Below are positions 1 through 15,000 of a stretch of DNA of 64,000 bases, one piece after another. The stretch lies in the NCBI GenBank assembly GCA_030390025.1, contig CM059431.1, forward strand, positions 114,268,001 to 114,332,000. The letters are read 5' to 3'. A model generated the notes under the pieces. It was not told the DNA's origin, made no database searches, and saw nothing but the letters and a program-made list of their open reading frames with translations. A program made the translations under genes and the position numbers. The DNA comes from Squalus acanthias (taxonomy: Eukaryota). Position 1 is the first letter of the stretch; each line of letters opens with the position of its first letter.

Positions 1-3000
1 TGTACAGGCATTAAGCACAGGTAACTGTAATGTAGAGGCATTGATTGCAGGTACCTGCAATTTACAGGAATTGAGTGCAGGTACCTGTAATGTACAGGCA
101 TTGAGTGCAGGTAACTGTAATGTACAGGCATTGATTGCAGGTACCTGTAATATACAGGGGCTGAGTGCAGGTACCTGTAATGTACAGGCATTGACTGCAG
201 GTACCTGTAATGTAGTGGCATTGAGTGAAGGGACTTGTAATGTACAGGCATTGAGTGCAGGTTTCAGTGATACATAGTCACTGAATACAGGTACCTTTAG
301 TGTACATCATTGACTGCAGGTACCTGTAATGTACAGGCATTGAGTGCAGATAACGGTAATATAGAGTCATTGAGTGCTGGTACCTGTAACATGCAGGGAT
401 TGAGTTCAGGTACCTGTAATGTACAGGCATTGAGTGCAGGTAACTGTATTGTACAGGCGTTGAGCGCAGGTACCTGTAATGTACCAGCATTGAATGCAGG
501 TGCCAGTAATGTATAGGCAGTGAGTGCAGGTGTCAGTAATATATAGTCACTGAATGCAGGTACCTCTAGTGTACAGTCATTGACTGCAGGTACCTGTACT
601 GTACAGGCATTGAGTGCAGATAACGGTAATATAGAGGCATTGAGTGCTGGTACCTGTAACATACAGGCATTGCGTTCAGGTACCTGTAATGTACAGGCAT
701 TGAGTGCAAGTACCTGTAATATGCAGACATTGAGTGCCGGTACCTGTAATGCAGTGGCATTGAGTGAAGGGACTTGTACTGTACCGGCATTAAGTGCAGG
801 TGCCAGTAATGTATAGGCAGTAAATGCAGGTACCTGTAATGTACAGGCATTGAGTGCAGGTGTCAGTAATATATAGTCACTGAATGCAGGTACCTCTAGT
901 GTACAGGCATTGACAGCAGGTACCTGTAATGTACAGGCATTGAGTGCAGATAACGGTAATATAGAGGCATTGAGTGCTGGTACCTGTAACATGCAGGGAT
1001 TGAGTTCAGGTACCTGTAATGTACAGGCATTGAGTGCAGGTAACTGTATTGTACAGGCGTTAATGCAGGTACCTGTAATGTACAGGTATTGAGTGTAAGT
1101 ACCTGTAATATACAGGCATTTACTGCAGGTACCTGTAATGTACAGGCATTGATTGCAGGTACCTGTAATATACAGGCACTGAGTGCAGGTACATGTAATA
1201 TACTGGCATTGAGTGCAGGTAACTGTAATGTACAGGCATTGATTGCAGCTACCTGTAATGTACAGGCATTGAGTGCAGATACCTGTAATGTACAGGCATT
1301 GAGTGCAGGTACCTGTAATGTACAGGCATTGACTGCAGGTACCTGTAATATACAGGCATTGAGTGCAGGTACATGTTATTTTCAGGCATTGTGTGCAGGT
1401 ACTGTAATGCACAGGGATTGAGTGCGGGGACCTGTAATATACAGGCATTGCATGCAGGTACCTGTAATGTACAGGCATTGAGTGTAGGTACATGTATTTT
1501 ATAGGAATTGAGTGCAGGAAACTTTAATGTACAGGCATTGAGCGCAGGTACCTTTAGTATAATGGCATTGAGTGCAGTTACCTGTAATGTTCAGGCACTG
1601 AATGCAGGTACATGTAGTGTACAGGCATTGAGTGCAGGTACCTAATATACAGGCATTGCGTACAGGTACCTGTTATATACAGGCATTGAGTGCAGGTACC
1701 TGTAGTGTACAGGCATTGAGTGCAAGTACTTGTCTTATGAAGGCATTTTGTACAGGTACCTGTAATGTTTAGGCATTGAGTGCAGGTACCTGTAATTTCA
1801 GGCATTGAGTGCAGGAACCTGCAATTTACAGGCATTGAGTGCAGTTACATGTATTATTCAGTCATTGAGTGCAGGTGACTGTAAAATACAGGCATTGAGT
1901 GCAAGTACCTGTTATATACAGGCATTGAGTGCAGGCATCTGTATTGTACAGTCATTGAGTGCAGTTACCTGAAATATACTGGCATTGAATGCAGGTACTT
2001 GTATTATAAAGGCATTGAATACAGATACCTCTAATGTACAGGCATTGAGAGCAGATCACTGATATATACAGGTAATGAGTGCAGGTAACTGTTATATCCT
2101 GGCATTGAGTGCAGGTACATGTAATGTACATGCATTGTGTGCAGGTAACTGTAATGTACAGGCATTGATTGCAGGTACCAGTAATTTTCAGCCATTGATT
2201 GCAGGTACCTGCAATTTACAAACATTGAGTGCAGGTACTTGTATTATTCAGGCTTTGATTGCAGGTACCTGTAATATACAGGCACTGAGTGCAGCTGCAT
2301 GTAATATACTGGCATTGAGTGCAGGTAACTGTAATGTAGAGGCGTTGATTGCAGGTACCTGTAATGTAGTGGCATTGAGTGAAGGGACTTGTAATGTACA
2401 GGCATTGAGTGCAGGTTTCAGTGATACATAGTCACTGAATACAGGTACCTTTAGTGTACATCATTGACTGCAGGTACCTGTAATGTACAGGCATTGAGTG
2501 CAGATAACGGTAATATAGAGTCATTGAGTGTTGGTACCTGTAACATGCAGGGATTGAGTTCAGGTACCTGTAATATACAGTCATTGAGTGCAGGTACCTG
2601 TGGTGTACATTCATTGAGTGCAGGTACTTGTATTGTATAGGCATTGAGTGCATGTACCTGAAATATGGAGGCATTGAGTGCAGTTACCTGTACTTTACAG
2701 TCATTGAGTGCAGATTCCTGTAATGTACAGGCATTGATTGCAGGTACCTGTAATGTACAGTCATTGAGTGCTGGTATCTGTGGTGTACAGTCATTGAGTG
2801 CAGGTACTTGTATTGTACAGGCATTGCGTGCAGGTACCTGAAATATACAGGCATTGAGTGCAGGTACCTGTACTTTACATTCATTGAGTGCAGATACCTG
2901 TAATGTACAGGCATTGATAGCAGGTACCTGTAATGTATAGGCATTGCGTGTAGGTACATGTATTTACAGGAATTGAGAGCAGGAACCTTTAATGTCCAGG

Positions 3001-6000
3001 CACTGAATGCAGGTACCTGTAGTGTACAGGCATTGAGTACAGGTACCTAATATACAGGCATTGAGTTCAGGTACCTGTTATATACAGGCATTGAGTGTAG
3101 GTACCTTTAATGTACAGGCATTGAGTGCAAGTACTTGTCTTATAAAGGCATTGTGTACAGGTACCTGTAATGTTTAGGCATTGAGTGCAGGTAACTGTAA
3201 TTTACAGGCATTGAGTGCAGGTACCTGTAATGTACAGGGATTGAGTGCAGGTACCTGTAATATACAGTCATTGAGTGCAGGTACTTGTAATGTACAGGCA
3301 TTGAGTGCAGATAACTGTAATATACAGGCATTGAGTGCTGATACTGGTAACGTGCAGGCATTGAGTCAGATAATATACTGTGATTGAGTGCAGGTACCTG
3401 TAATGTACAGGCACTGATTGCAGATAATTGTAATATAGAGTCATTGCGTGCTGATACAGGTAACATGTAGGCATTGAGTGCAGATAACTGATATATACAG
3501 GCATGGAGTGCAGGTACCTCTGATTTACAGGCATTGAGTGCAGGTAGATGTAGTGTACAGGCATTGGGTGCTGGTATGAGCAATATACACGTATTGAGTG
3601 CAGGAGCCTGTAATATACAGGCGATGAATACAGGTAACAGTAATATACAGGCATTGAGCGCAGGAGCCTGTAATGTACAGGCATTGAGTGCAGTTACCTG
3701 TAATTTCAGGCATTGAGTGCAGGTACCTGTAATATATAGGCATTGAGTGCAGGTACCTGTAATATACAGGCACTGAGTGCAGGTACCTGTAATATATAGG
3801 CATTGAGTGCAGGTACCTGTAATGTACAGGCATTGAATGTAGGAGCCAATAAAGTATAGGCACTGAATGCAGGTATCAGTAATATACAGACATTGAGTGC
3901 AGGTACCTGTAATATACAGGCACTGAGTGCAGGTACCTGTAATATATAGGCATTGAGTGCAGGTACCTGTAAAGTACAGGCATTGACTGCAGGTGCCAAT
4001 AATGTATAGGCATAGAATGTAGGTAACTGTACTGTACAGGCATTGAGTGCAGATAATTGTAATATACAGGCATTGAGTGCTGGTACCTGTAACATCCTGG
4101 CATTGAGTGCAGATAACTGTATTATACAGGCACTGAGTGCAGGCACCTGTAATGTACAGGCATTGAGTGCTGGTGCCAGTAATTTATAGGCACTGAATGC
4201 AGGTACATATAATCTACAGGCAACGAGTGCAGGTTTCAGTAATGTATAGGTACTGACTGCAAGTACCTCTATTGTGCAGGCATTGAGAGCAGGTACGTGT
4301 AATATACAGGCATTGAGTGCATGTACCTGTAATGTACAGGCATTCAGTGCAGGTAACACTAATGTACTCGCATTGAGTGCAGGTACCTGTAAATTTCATG
4401 CTTTGAGTACATGTCCCACGAATATACAGGCATTGAGTGGATACAACTGTAATAGACAGGCATTGAGTGCAGGTTCCTGTAATATACAGGCATTGAGTGC
4501 AGGTACCTGTAATGTACAGGCATTGAGTCCAGGTACCTGTAGTGTACAGGCATTGAGTGCAGGTACCAGTAATATACAGGCATTGAGTACAGGTACCTGT
4601 AATATACAGGCATTGAGTGCATGTATCTGTAATATACACGTATTGAGTGCAGGTACCTGTAAAATACAGGCATTTTGCACAGTTGCCTGTAACATACAGG
4701 CATTGAGTGCATTTACCTGTAATGTAGTGGCATTGAGCGCAGGTACCTGTAATATACAGGCATTGAGTGCAGGCAATTGTAATGTTCAGGCATTGACTGC
4801 AGGTAACTGTAGTGTACAGGCATTGAGTGCAGGTAACAGTAATATACAGGCATTGAGTGCAATTACCTGTAATATACAAGCATCGATTGCAGGTACCTGT
4901 AATGTACAAGCATTGAGTGCAGGTACTTGTAATATACAGGCATTGAGTGCAGCTACCTGTAATGTATAGGCATTGAGTACAGGTAACCGTAATATACAGG
5001 CATTGAGTGCAATTACCTGTAATATACAAGCATCGATTGCAGGTACCTGTAATTTCAGGCATTGAGTGCAGGTACATGTTTATTCAGGCATTAGGTGCAG
5101 GTAACTGTAATATACAGTTATTGAGTGCAGGTAGCTGTAAAATATATGCATTGAGCACAGCTGCTGTAATATACAGGCATTGATAGCATTTACCTTTAAA
5201 TTACAGGCATTGAGTGCAGATATCTGTAATATACAGGCATAGATTGCAGCAACATGTAATGTACAGGCATTGAGTGCAGCAACCTGTAATCTACAGGCAT
5301 TGAGTGCAGGTATTTGTACTGTACAGGCATTGAGTGCAGGTACCAATAATGTACAGGCATGGAGTGCAGGAAGCTGCAATGCACAGGCATTGAGTGCAGG
5401 TACCTGTAATGTACAGGCATTGAGAGCTGATAACCGTAACATACAGGCATTGATTGTAGGTACCTGTAATCTACAGCCAATGAGTGCAGGTACCTCTATT
5501 GTGCAGGAATTGAGTGCAGGTAGCTGTATTGTGCAGGCATTGTTTGCAGGTACCTGTAATGTACAGGCATTGACTAGAGGTACCTGTCATGTATAGTCGT
5601 TGAGTGCAGATAACTGTAATATACATGCATTGATTGCTGGTACCGGTAACGGGCAGGCATTGAGTGCAGGTAATTGTAATGTACAGGCATTGAGTATTGG
5701 TACCTGTAATTTACAGGCATTGACTACAGGTGTCAGTAATGTATAGGCACTGAATACAGGTACCTGTATTGTAGAGGCATTGACTGCATGTACCGGTACT
5801 TTACAGACATTGAGTGCAGATAACTGTCATATACAGTCATTGAGTGCTGGTACCTGTAAAGTGCCGGCATTGAGTGCAGATAAATGTAATATACAGGCAC
5901 TGAGTGCAGGTACCTTTAATGAACAGGCATATAGTTCAGGTACGTGTAATATAGAGGCATTGAGTGCAGCTAGCTGTAATATCCAGGCATTGAGTGCAGG

Positions 6001-9000
6001 TACCATTAATATACAGGGTTTGAGTGCAGGTACCTGTAATTTATAGGCATTGAGTGCAGGGAACTGTAATGTACAGGCATTGAGTGCAGGTACTTTTAAT
6101 TACAGGCATTGATTGCAGGTACCTGTAATGTAAATGCATTGAGTGCAGGTACCTGTAATATACAGGCATTGATTGCAGGTACCTATAATGTATAGGCATT
6201 GAATGCAGGTACATGCATTATACAGGCATTGATTGGAGGCACCAGTAATATACAGGCATTGAGTGCAGGTAGCTGTAATATACAGGCATTGAGTGCAGGT
6301 ACCTGTAATATAGAGAGATTGCGCACAGTTGCCTGTAATGTACAAGCATTGAGCGCAGAGACCTGTAATATAAAGGCATTGACAGCAGGTACTTGTAATG
6401 TACATGCATTGAGTGCAGGTAGCTGTAATGTACAGGCATTGAGTGCAATTAACTTTAATTAACAGGCATTGAGTGCAGGTACCTGAAATGTACAAGCATT
6501 AATTGCAGGTGACTGTAATGTACAGGCATTGACTGCAGGTAACATTAATTAACAGGCATTGATTACAGGTACCTGTAATCTACAGGCATAGAGTGCAGGT
6601 ACATGTGTTGTACAGGCATTGAGTGCAGGCACCGGTAATATACAGTCATTGAGTGCAGCACCCTGTAATATAGAGGCTTTGAGTGCAGATATCTGTAATA
6701 TACAGGCATTGAGTGCAGGTACCTATAATATACAGACATTGAGTGCAGGTACCTGTAATGTACAGGCATTGAGTGCAGGTACATGTAATGTACAGGCATT
6801 GAGTGTAGGTACCTGTAATGTACAGGCATTGAGTGCAGGTATCAGTAATATACAGACATTGAGTGCAGGTACCTGTAATGTACAGGCATTGAGTGCAGGT
6901 AACTGTAATGTACAGGCATTGAGTGCAGGTAACTGTTATATACAGGCATTGAGTGCAGGTACCTGTAATGTACAGGCATTAAGTCTAGGTACCTGTAATG
7001 TACAGGCATTGAGTGCAGGTACCTCTAATGTACAGGCATTGAAAGCAGGTAACTTTAATTAACAGGCATTGAGTGCAGGTACCTGTAATGTATGGGCATT
7101 GACTGCAGATACCTGTAAAATACAGGCATTGATTGCAAATATCTTTAATTAGCAGGTATTGAGTGCAGGTACCTGTAATCTATAGGCATTGAGTGCAGGT
7201 ACCTGTAATGTACAGGCATTCAGTGCAGATAACTGTAATGTACAGGCATTGAGCGCTGCTACCTGAAATGTACAGGCATTGAGTGCAATTAACTGTGAAG
7301 TACAGTCATCAAGTGCAAGTATCTCTAATTTCAAGCCTTGAGTGCAGGTACCTGTAATTTACAGGCATTGAATGCAGGGACATGCATTATACAGGCATTA
7401 ATTGCAGGTACCTGTAATATACAGGCATTGAGTGCAGGTAACTGTTATATACAGGCATTAAGTGCAGGTACATGTAATGTACAGGCATTGAGTGCAGGTT
7501 CCTGTAATGTACAGGCATTGAGTGCAGGTAACTGTAATGTACAGGCATTGAGAGCAGTTATCCGTTATATACAGGCATTGAGTGCAGGTAACTGTAATGT
7601 ACAGGCATTGAGTGCAGTTAACTTTTATATACAGGCATTGAGTGCAGGTACATGTAATGTACAGGCTTTGAGTGCAGATAACTGTAATATACAGGCATTT
7701 AATGCAGGTTCCTGTAATGTACAGGCTTTGAGTGCAGATAACTGTAATATACAGGCATTTAATGCAGGTTCCTGTAATGTACAAGCATTGAGCGCAGAGA
7801 CCTGTAATATAAAGGCATTGACAGCAGGTACTTGTAATGTACATGCATTGAGTGCAGGTAGCTGTAATGTACAGGCATTGAGTGCAAGTAAATTTAATTA
7901 ACAGGCATTGAATGCAGGTATCTGTATTGTACAGGCATTGAGCGCAGATAACCGTAATATACAGACATTGAGTGGAGGTACCTGTAATGTACAGGCATTG
8001 AGTGCAGCACCCTGCAATATACAGGCATTGAGTGCAGATAACCGTAATGTACATTCATTGAGTGCTGGTACATGTTAAGTGCAGGTGTTGCATGCAGGTA
8101 CCTGTAATACACAGGCATTGAGTGCAGTGACTTGAAATATAAAGGCATTGAGAGCAGGAACCTGTAATGTACAGGCATTGAGTGTGGATAACTTTAATAT
8201 ACAGGCATTGACTGCAGGTACCTGAAATGTACAAGCATTAATTGCAGGTGACTGTAATGTACAGGCATTGACTGCAGGTAACATTAATTAACAGACAGTG
8301 ATTACAGGTACCTGTAATCTACAGGCATAGAGTGCAGGTACATGTGTTGTACAGGCATTGAGTGCAGGCACCTGTAATATACAGTCATTGAGTGCAGCAC
8401 CCTGTAATATAGAGGCTTTGAGTGCAGATATCCGTAATATACAGGCATTGGGTGCAGGTACCTATAATATACAGACATTGAGTGCAGGTACCTGTAATGT
8501 ACAGGCATTGAGTGCAGGTACCTGTAATGTACAGGCATTGAGTGCAGGTACATGTGTTGTACAGGCATTGAGTGCAGGCACCTGTAATATACAGTCATTG
8601 AGTGCAGGCACCTGTAATATAGAGGCTTTGACTGCAGATATCCGTAATATACAGGCATTGAGTGCAGGTACCTATACTATACAGACATTGAGTGCAGGTA
8701 CCTGTAATGTACAGGCATTGAGTGCAGGTACATGTAATGTACAGGCATTGAGTGTAGGTACCTGTAATGTACAGGCATTGAGTGCAGGTATCAGTAATAT
8801 ACAGACATTGAGTGCAGGTGCCTGTAATGTACAGGCATTGAGTCTAGGTACCTGTAATGTACAGGCATTGAGTGCAGGTACCTCTAATGTACAGGCATTG
8901 AGAGCAGGTAACTTTAATTAACAGGCATTGAGTGCAGGTACCTGTAATGTATGGGCATTGACTGCAGATACCTGTAAAATACAGGCATTGATTGCAGATA

Positions 9001-12000
9001 TCTTTAATTAGCAGGTATTGAGTGCAGGTACCTGTAATCTACAGGCATTGAGTGCAGGTACCTGAAATGTACAGGCATTGAGTGCAATTAACTGTGAAGT
9101 ACAGTCATCAAGTGCAAGTATCTCTAATTTCAAGCCTTGAGTGCAGGTACCTGTAATTTACAGGCATTGAATGTAGGGACATGCATTATACAGTCATTAA
9201 TTGCAGGTACCTGTAATATACAGGCATTGAGTGCAGGTAACTGTTATATACAGGCATTAAGTGCAGGTACATGTAATGTACAGGCATTGAGTGCAGGTTC
9301 CTGTAATGTACAGGCATTGAGTGCAGGTAACTGTAATGTACAGGCATTGATTCAGTTATCTGTTATATACAGGCATTGAGTGCAGGTAACTGTAATGTAC
9401 AGGCATTGAGTGCAGTTAACTTTTATATACAGGCATTGAGTGCAGGTACATGTAATGTACAGGCTTTGAGTGCAGATAACTGTAATATACAGGCATTTAA
9501 TGCAGGTTCCTGTAATGTACAGGCATTGAGTGCAGGTACCTGTAAAGCACAGGCATTGAGTCCAGGTACCTGCAATGTACAGGCATTGACTGCAGGTACC
9601 TCTAATGTACAGGCATTGAGAGCAGGTAACTTTAATTAACAGGCATTGAGTGCAGGTACCTGTAATGTACAGTCATTGACTGCAGATACCTGTAAAATAC
9701 AGGCATTGAATGCAGGGACATGCATTATACAGGCATTAATTGCAGGTACCTGTAATGTACAGGCATTGAGTCCAGGTACCTGTAATGTACAGGCATTGAG
9801 TGCAGGTACCTCTAATGTACAGGCATTGAGAGCAGGTAACTTTAATTAACAGGCATTGAGTGCAGGTACCTGTAATGTATGTGCATTGACTGCAGGTACC
9901 TGTAATGTACAGGCATTGAGTGCAGGTACCTGTATTGTACAGGCATTGAGTGCAGCTCCCTGTAATATACAGGCATTGAGTGCTGATAACTGTAATGTAC
10001 AGGCATTGCGTGCTTCTTCCTGTAATGTACAGCATTGAGTGCAGGTATCTGTAATATAAAGGCATTGGGTACAGATCCTGTAGTCTACAGGCATTGAGTG
10101 CAGGTAATGGTAATTAACAGGCATTGAGAGCAGATATCTGTAATATGCATCATTGAGTGCAGGTAACTGTAATGTACAGGCATTGAGTGCAGTTATCTGT
10201 TATATACAGGCATTGAGTGCAGGTAACTGTAATGTACAGGCATTGAGTGCAGTTAACTTTTATATACAGGCATTGAGTGCAGGTACATGTAATGTACAGG
10301 CTTTGAGTGCAGATAACTGTAATTTACAGGCATTTAATGCAGGTTCCTGTAATGTACAGTCATTGAGTTCAGGTACCTGTAATGTACAGGCATTGAGTCC
10401 AGGTACCTGTAATGTACAGGCATTGAGTGCAGGTACCTCTAATGTACAGGCATTGAGAGCAGGTAACTTTAATTAACAGGCATTGAGTGCAGGTACCTGT
10501 AATGTACAGTCATTGACTGCAGATACCTGTAAAATACAGGCATTGATTGCAGATAACTTTAATTACCAGGCATTCAGTGCAGGTATCTGTAATGTAAAGG
10601 CATTGAGTGCAGGTACCTGTAATTTACAGGCATTCAGTGCAGATAACTGTAATGTACAGGCATTGAGAGCTGCTACCTGAAATGTACAGGCATTTAGTGC
10701 AAGTAACTGTGAAGTACAGGCATCAAGTGAAGGTACCTCTAATTTCAAGCCTTGAGTGCAGGTACCTGTAATTTACAGGCATTGAATGCAGGGACATGAA
10801 TTATACAGGCATTAATTGCAGGTAGCTGTAATATACAGGCATTGAGTGCAGGTACATGTAATATACAGGAATTGCACAGAGATGCCTGTAATAGACTGGC
10901 ATTGAGCGCATATACCTGTAATATACAGGCATTAAGTGCAGGTATTTGTAATATACAGGCATTGAAAGCAGGTAACTGTAATGTACATGCATTGAGTGCA
11001 GGTAATTGTAATGTACAGGCATTAAGTGCAGGTACCGGTAATATACAGGCATTCAGTACAAATAACTAATATACCGGCATTGAGTGCAGGTACCTGTAAT
11101 GCATAGGCATTGACTGCAGGTAACTGTAATTAACGGACATTGAGTGCAGATAACTGTAATCTACGGGCATTGAGTGCAGGTACCTGTATTGAACAGGCAT
11201 TGAATGCAGGTACCTGTACTGTACAGGCGTTGAGTGCAGGTACCTGTAATATACAGGCATTGAGTGCACAAAAATGTAATATACATGTATTGAGTGTTGG
11301 TAACTGTAACCTAAATCATTGAGTGCAGGTATCTGTAATATACACACATTGAGTGCAGGTGCATGTAATGTACATTCAATGAGTGCAAGTACCTGTAATA
11401 TACAGGCATTGAGTGCAGGTACTTGTAATGTATCGACATTGAGTGCAATTAACTGTAATGTACAGGCATTGAGTGCAAGTAACTGAAATATACAGGCATT
11501 GAATGCAGGTACCTGTAATGTACAGGCATTGAGTGCAGGTACCTGTAATATACAGGGATTGAGTGGAGGTATCTTTAATATACACGCATTGAGTGCAGGT
11601 AAATATAATGTACAGGCATTGATCGGAGGTCACTGTAATGCACCGGCATTGAGTGCATGTACCTGTAATATACAGGGATTGAGTGCAGGTACCTGTAATG
11701 TACAGGCATTGAGTGCAGGGACCTGCAATGTACAGGCATTGATTGCAGGTAACATTAATTAACAGGCATTGAGTGCAAGTACCTGTAATATGCAGGCATT
11801 GAGTGCAGGTACCTGTAATGTAGTGGCATTTAGTTTAGGGACTTGTAATGTACTGGCATTGAATGCAGGTGCCAGTAATGTATAGGCAGTAAATGCAGGT
11901 GTCAGTAATATATAGTCACTGAATGCAGGTACCTCTAGTGTACAGGCAATGACAGCAGGTACCTGTACTGTACAGGCATTGAGTGCAGATAACGGTAATA

Positions 12001-15000
12001 TAGAGGCATTGAGTGCTGGTACCTGTAACATGCAGGCATTGAGTTCAGGTACCTGTAATGTACAGGTATTGAGCTCAGGTAACTGTATTGTACAGGCGTT
12101 GAGTGCAGATAACGGTAATATAAAGGAATTGAGTGCTGGTACCTGTAACATGCAGGCATTGAGTGCAGGTACCTGTAATGTGCAGGCATTGATGCAAGTA
12201 CCTGTAATATGCAAGAATTGAGTGCAGGTACCTGTAATGTAGTGGCATTGAGTGAAGGGACTTGTAATATACAGGCATTGAGTGCAGGTTTCAGTAATGT
12301 ATAGTCACTGAATACAGGTACCTCTAGTGTACAGGCATTGACTGCAGGTACCTGTAATGTACAGACATTGAGTGCAGGTAACCGTATTGTACAGGCGTTG
12401 AGCGCAGGTACCTGTAATGTACAGGCATTGAGTGCAAGTACCTGTAATATACAGGCATTTACTGCAGGTACCTGTAAAGTACAGGCATTGCTTGCAGGTA
12501 CCTGTAATATACAGGCACTGAGTGCAGGTACAGGTAATATACTGGCATTGAGTACAGGTAACTGTAATGTAGAGGCATTGAGTGCAGGTACCTGTAACAT
12601 GCAGGGATTGAGTTCAGGTACCTGTAATGTACAGGCATTGAGTGCAAGTACCTGTAATATACAGGCATTTACTGCAGGTACCTGTAAAGTACAGGCATTG
12701 CTTGCAGGTACCTGTAATATACAGGCACTGAGTGCAGGTACAGGTAATATACTGGCATTGAGTGCAGGTAACTGTAATGTAGAGGCATTGAGTGCAGGTA
12801 CCTGTAACATGCAGGGATTGAGTTCAGGTACCTGTAATGTACAGGCATTGAGTGCAAGTACCTGTAATATACAGGCATTTACTGCAGGTACCTGTAATGT
12901 ACAGGCATTGATTGCAGGTACCTGTAATATACAGGCACTGAGTGCAGGTACATGTAATATACTGGCATTGAGTGCAGGTAACTGTAATGTACAGGCATTG
13001 ATTGCAGGTATCTGTAACTTACAGGAATTGAGTGCAGGTACTTGTAATATACAGGCACTGAGTGCAGGGACATGTAATGTACAGGCATTGAGTGCAGGTA
13101 CCTGTAATGTAGTGGCATTTAGTGCAGGGACTTGTAATGTACCAGCATTGAACGCAGGTGCCAGTAATGTATAGGCAGTGAGTGCAGGTGTCAGTAATAT
13201 ATAGTCACTGAATGCAGGTACCTCTAGTGTACAGGCATTTACTGCAGGTACCTGTACTGTACAGGCATTGAGTGCAGATAACGGTAATATAGAGGCATTG
13301 AGTGCTGGTACCTGTAACATGCAGGGATTGAGTTCAGGTACCTGTAATGTACAGGCATTGAGTGCAGGTAACTGTATTGTACAGGCGTTGATCGCAGGTA
13401 CCTGTAATGTACAGGCATTGAGTGCAGGTACAGGTAATATACTGGCATTGAGTGCAGGTAACTGTAATGTAGAGGCATTGAGTGCAGGTACCTGTAATGT
13501 ACAGGCATTGAGTGCAAGTACCTGTAATATACAGGCATTTACTGCAGGTACCTGTAATGTACAGGCATTGAGTGCAGATAACGGTAATATAGAGGCATTG
13601 AGTGCTGGTACCTGTAACATGCAGGGATTGAGTTCAGGTACCTGTAATGTACAGGCATTGAGTGCAAGTACCTGTAATATGCAGGCATTGAGTGCAGGTA
13701 CCTGTAATGTAGTGGCATTGAGTGAAGGGTCTTGTACTGTACCAGCATTAAGTGCAGGTGCCAGTAATGTATAGGCAGTGAATGCAGGTGTCAGTAATAT
13801 ATAGTCACTGAATGCAGGTACCTCTAGTGTACAGGCATTGACAGCAGGTACCTGTAATGTACAGGCATTGAGTGCAGATAACGGTAATATAGAGGCATTG
13901 AGTGCTGGTACCTGTAACATGCAGGCATTGAGTTCAGGTACCTGTAATGTACAGGCATTGAGTGCAGGTAACTGTTATATACAGGCATTGAGTGCAGGTA
14001 CATGTAATGTACATACATTGAGAGCAGGTAACTTTAATTAACAGACATTGGGTGCAGGTACCTGTAATGTACAGGCATTGGGTGCAGGTACCTGTAATGC
14101 ACAGGCATTGACTGCAGGTACCTGTAATGTACAGGCATTGAGTGCAGGTACCTGTAATGCACAGGCATTGACTGCAGGTACCTGTAATATACAGGCATTG
14201 AGCGCATATACCTGTAATATACAGGCATTAAGTGCAGGTACTTGTAATGCACAGGCATTGGGTGCATTTACCTGTAATATAGAGTCATTGGGTGCAGGTA
14301 CCTTTAATTTACAGGCATTGAATGCAGGTACCTGTAATGTAGTGGCATTGAGTGCCGGTACCTATAATGTACAGGCATTCAGTGCAGATAACTGTAATAC
14401 ACAGGCATTGAGTGCAGCTATCTGTAATTTACAGGCCTTGACTACAAGTACATGTAATATACAAGCATCAAGTGCAGGTTCCTCTAATTTCAAGAATTGT
14501 GTGCAGGTAACTGCAATTTACAGACATTGAATGCAGGTACATGCATTATACAGGAATTGATTGCAGGTATCTGTAATGTACCGGCAGGTACCTGTAATGT
14601 ACAGGCATTGAGTCCAGGTACCTGTAATGTACAGGCATTGAGTGCAGGTACCTCTAATGTACAGGCATTGAGAGCAGGTAACTTTAATTAACAGGCATTC
14701 AGTGCAGGTACCTCTAATGTACAGGCATTGAGTGCAGGTACCTGTAATGTACAGGCATTCAGTGCAGATAACTGTAATGTACAGGCATTGAGCGCTGCTA
14801 CCTGAAATGTACAGTCATTGAGTGAAAGTAACTGTGAAGTACAGCCATCAAATGAAGGTACCTCGAATTTCAAGCCTTGAGTGCAGGTACCTGTAATGTA
14901 CAGGCATTGAATGCAGGGACATGCATTATACAGGCATTAATTGCAGGTAGCTGTAATGTATAGGCATTGATTGCAGGTACCTGTAAAATAAAGGCATGAT

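Noticed and set aside
11935..13920. 661-aa minus-strand ORF and the many other Cys/Ala-rich repeat ORFs as real genes (e.g. adhesin, antifreeze or keratin-associated-like proteins)
   Set aside because: Four frames are open simply because the 30-bp consensus lacks stops. ORFs overlap in all frames, are broken by frequent frameshifts and stops, and have no unique N- or C-terminal domains.
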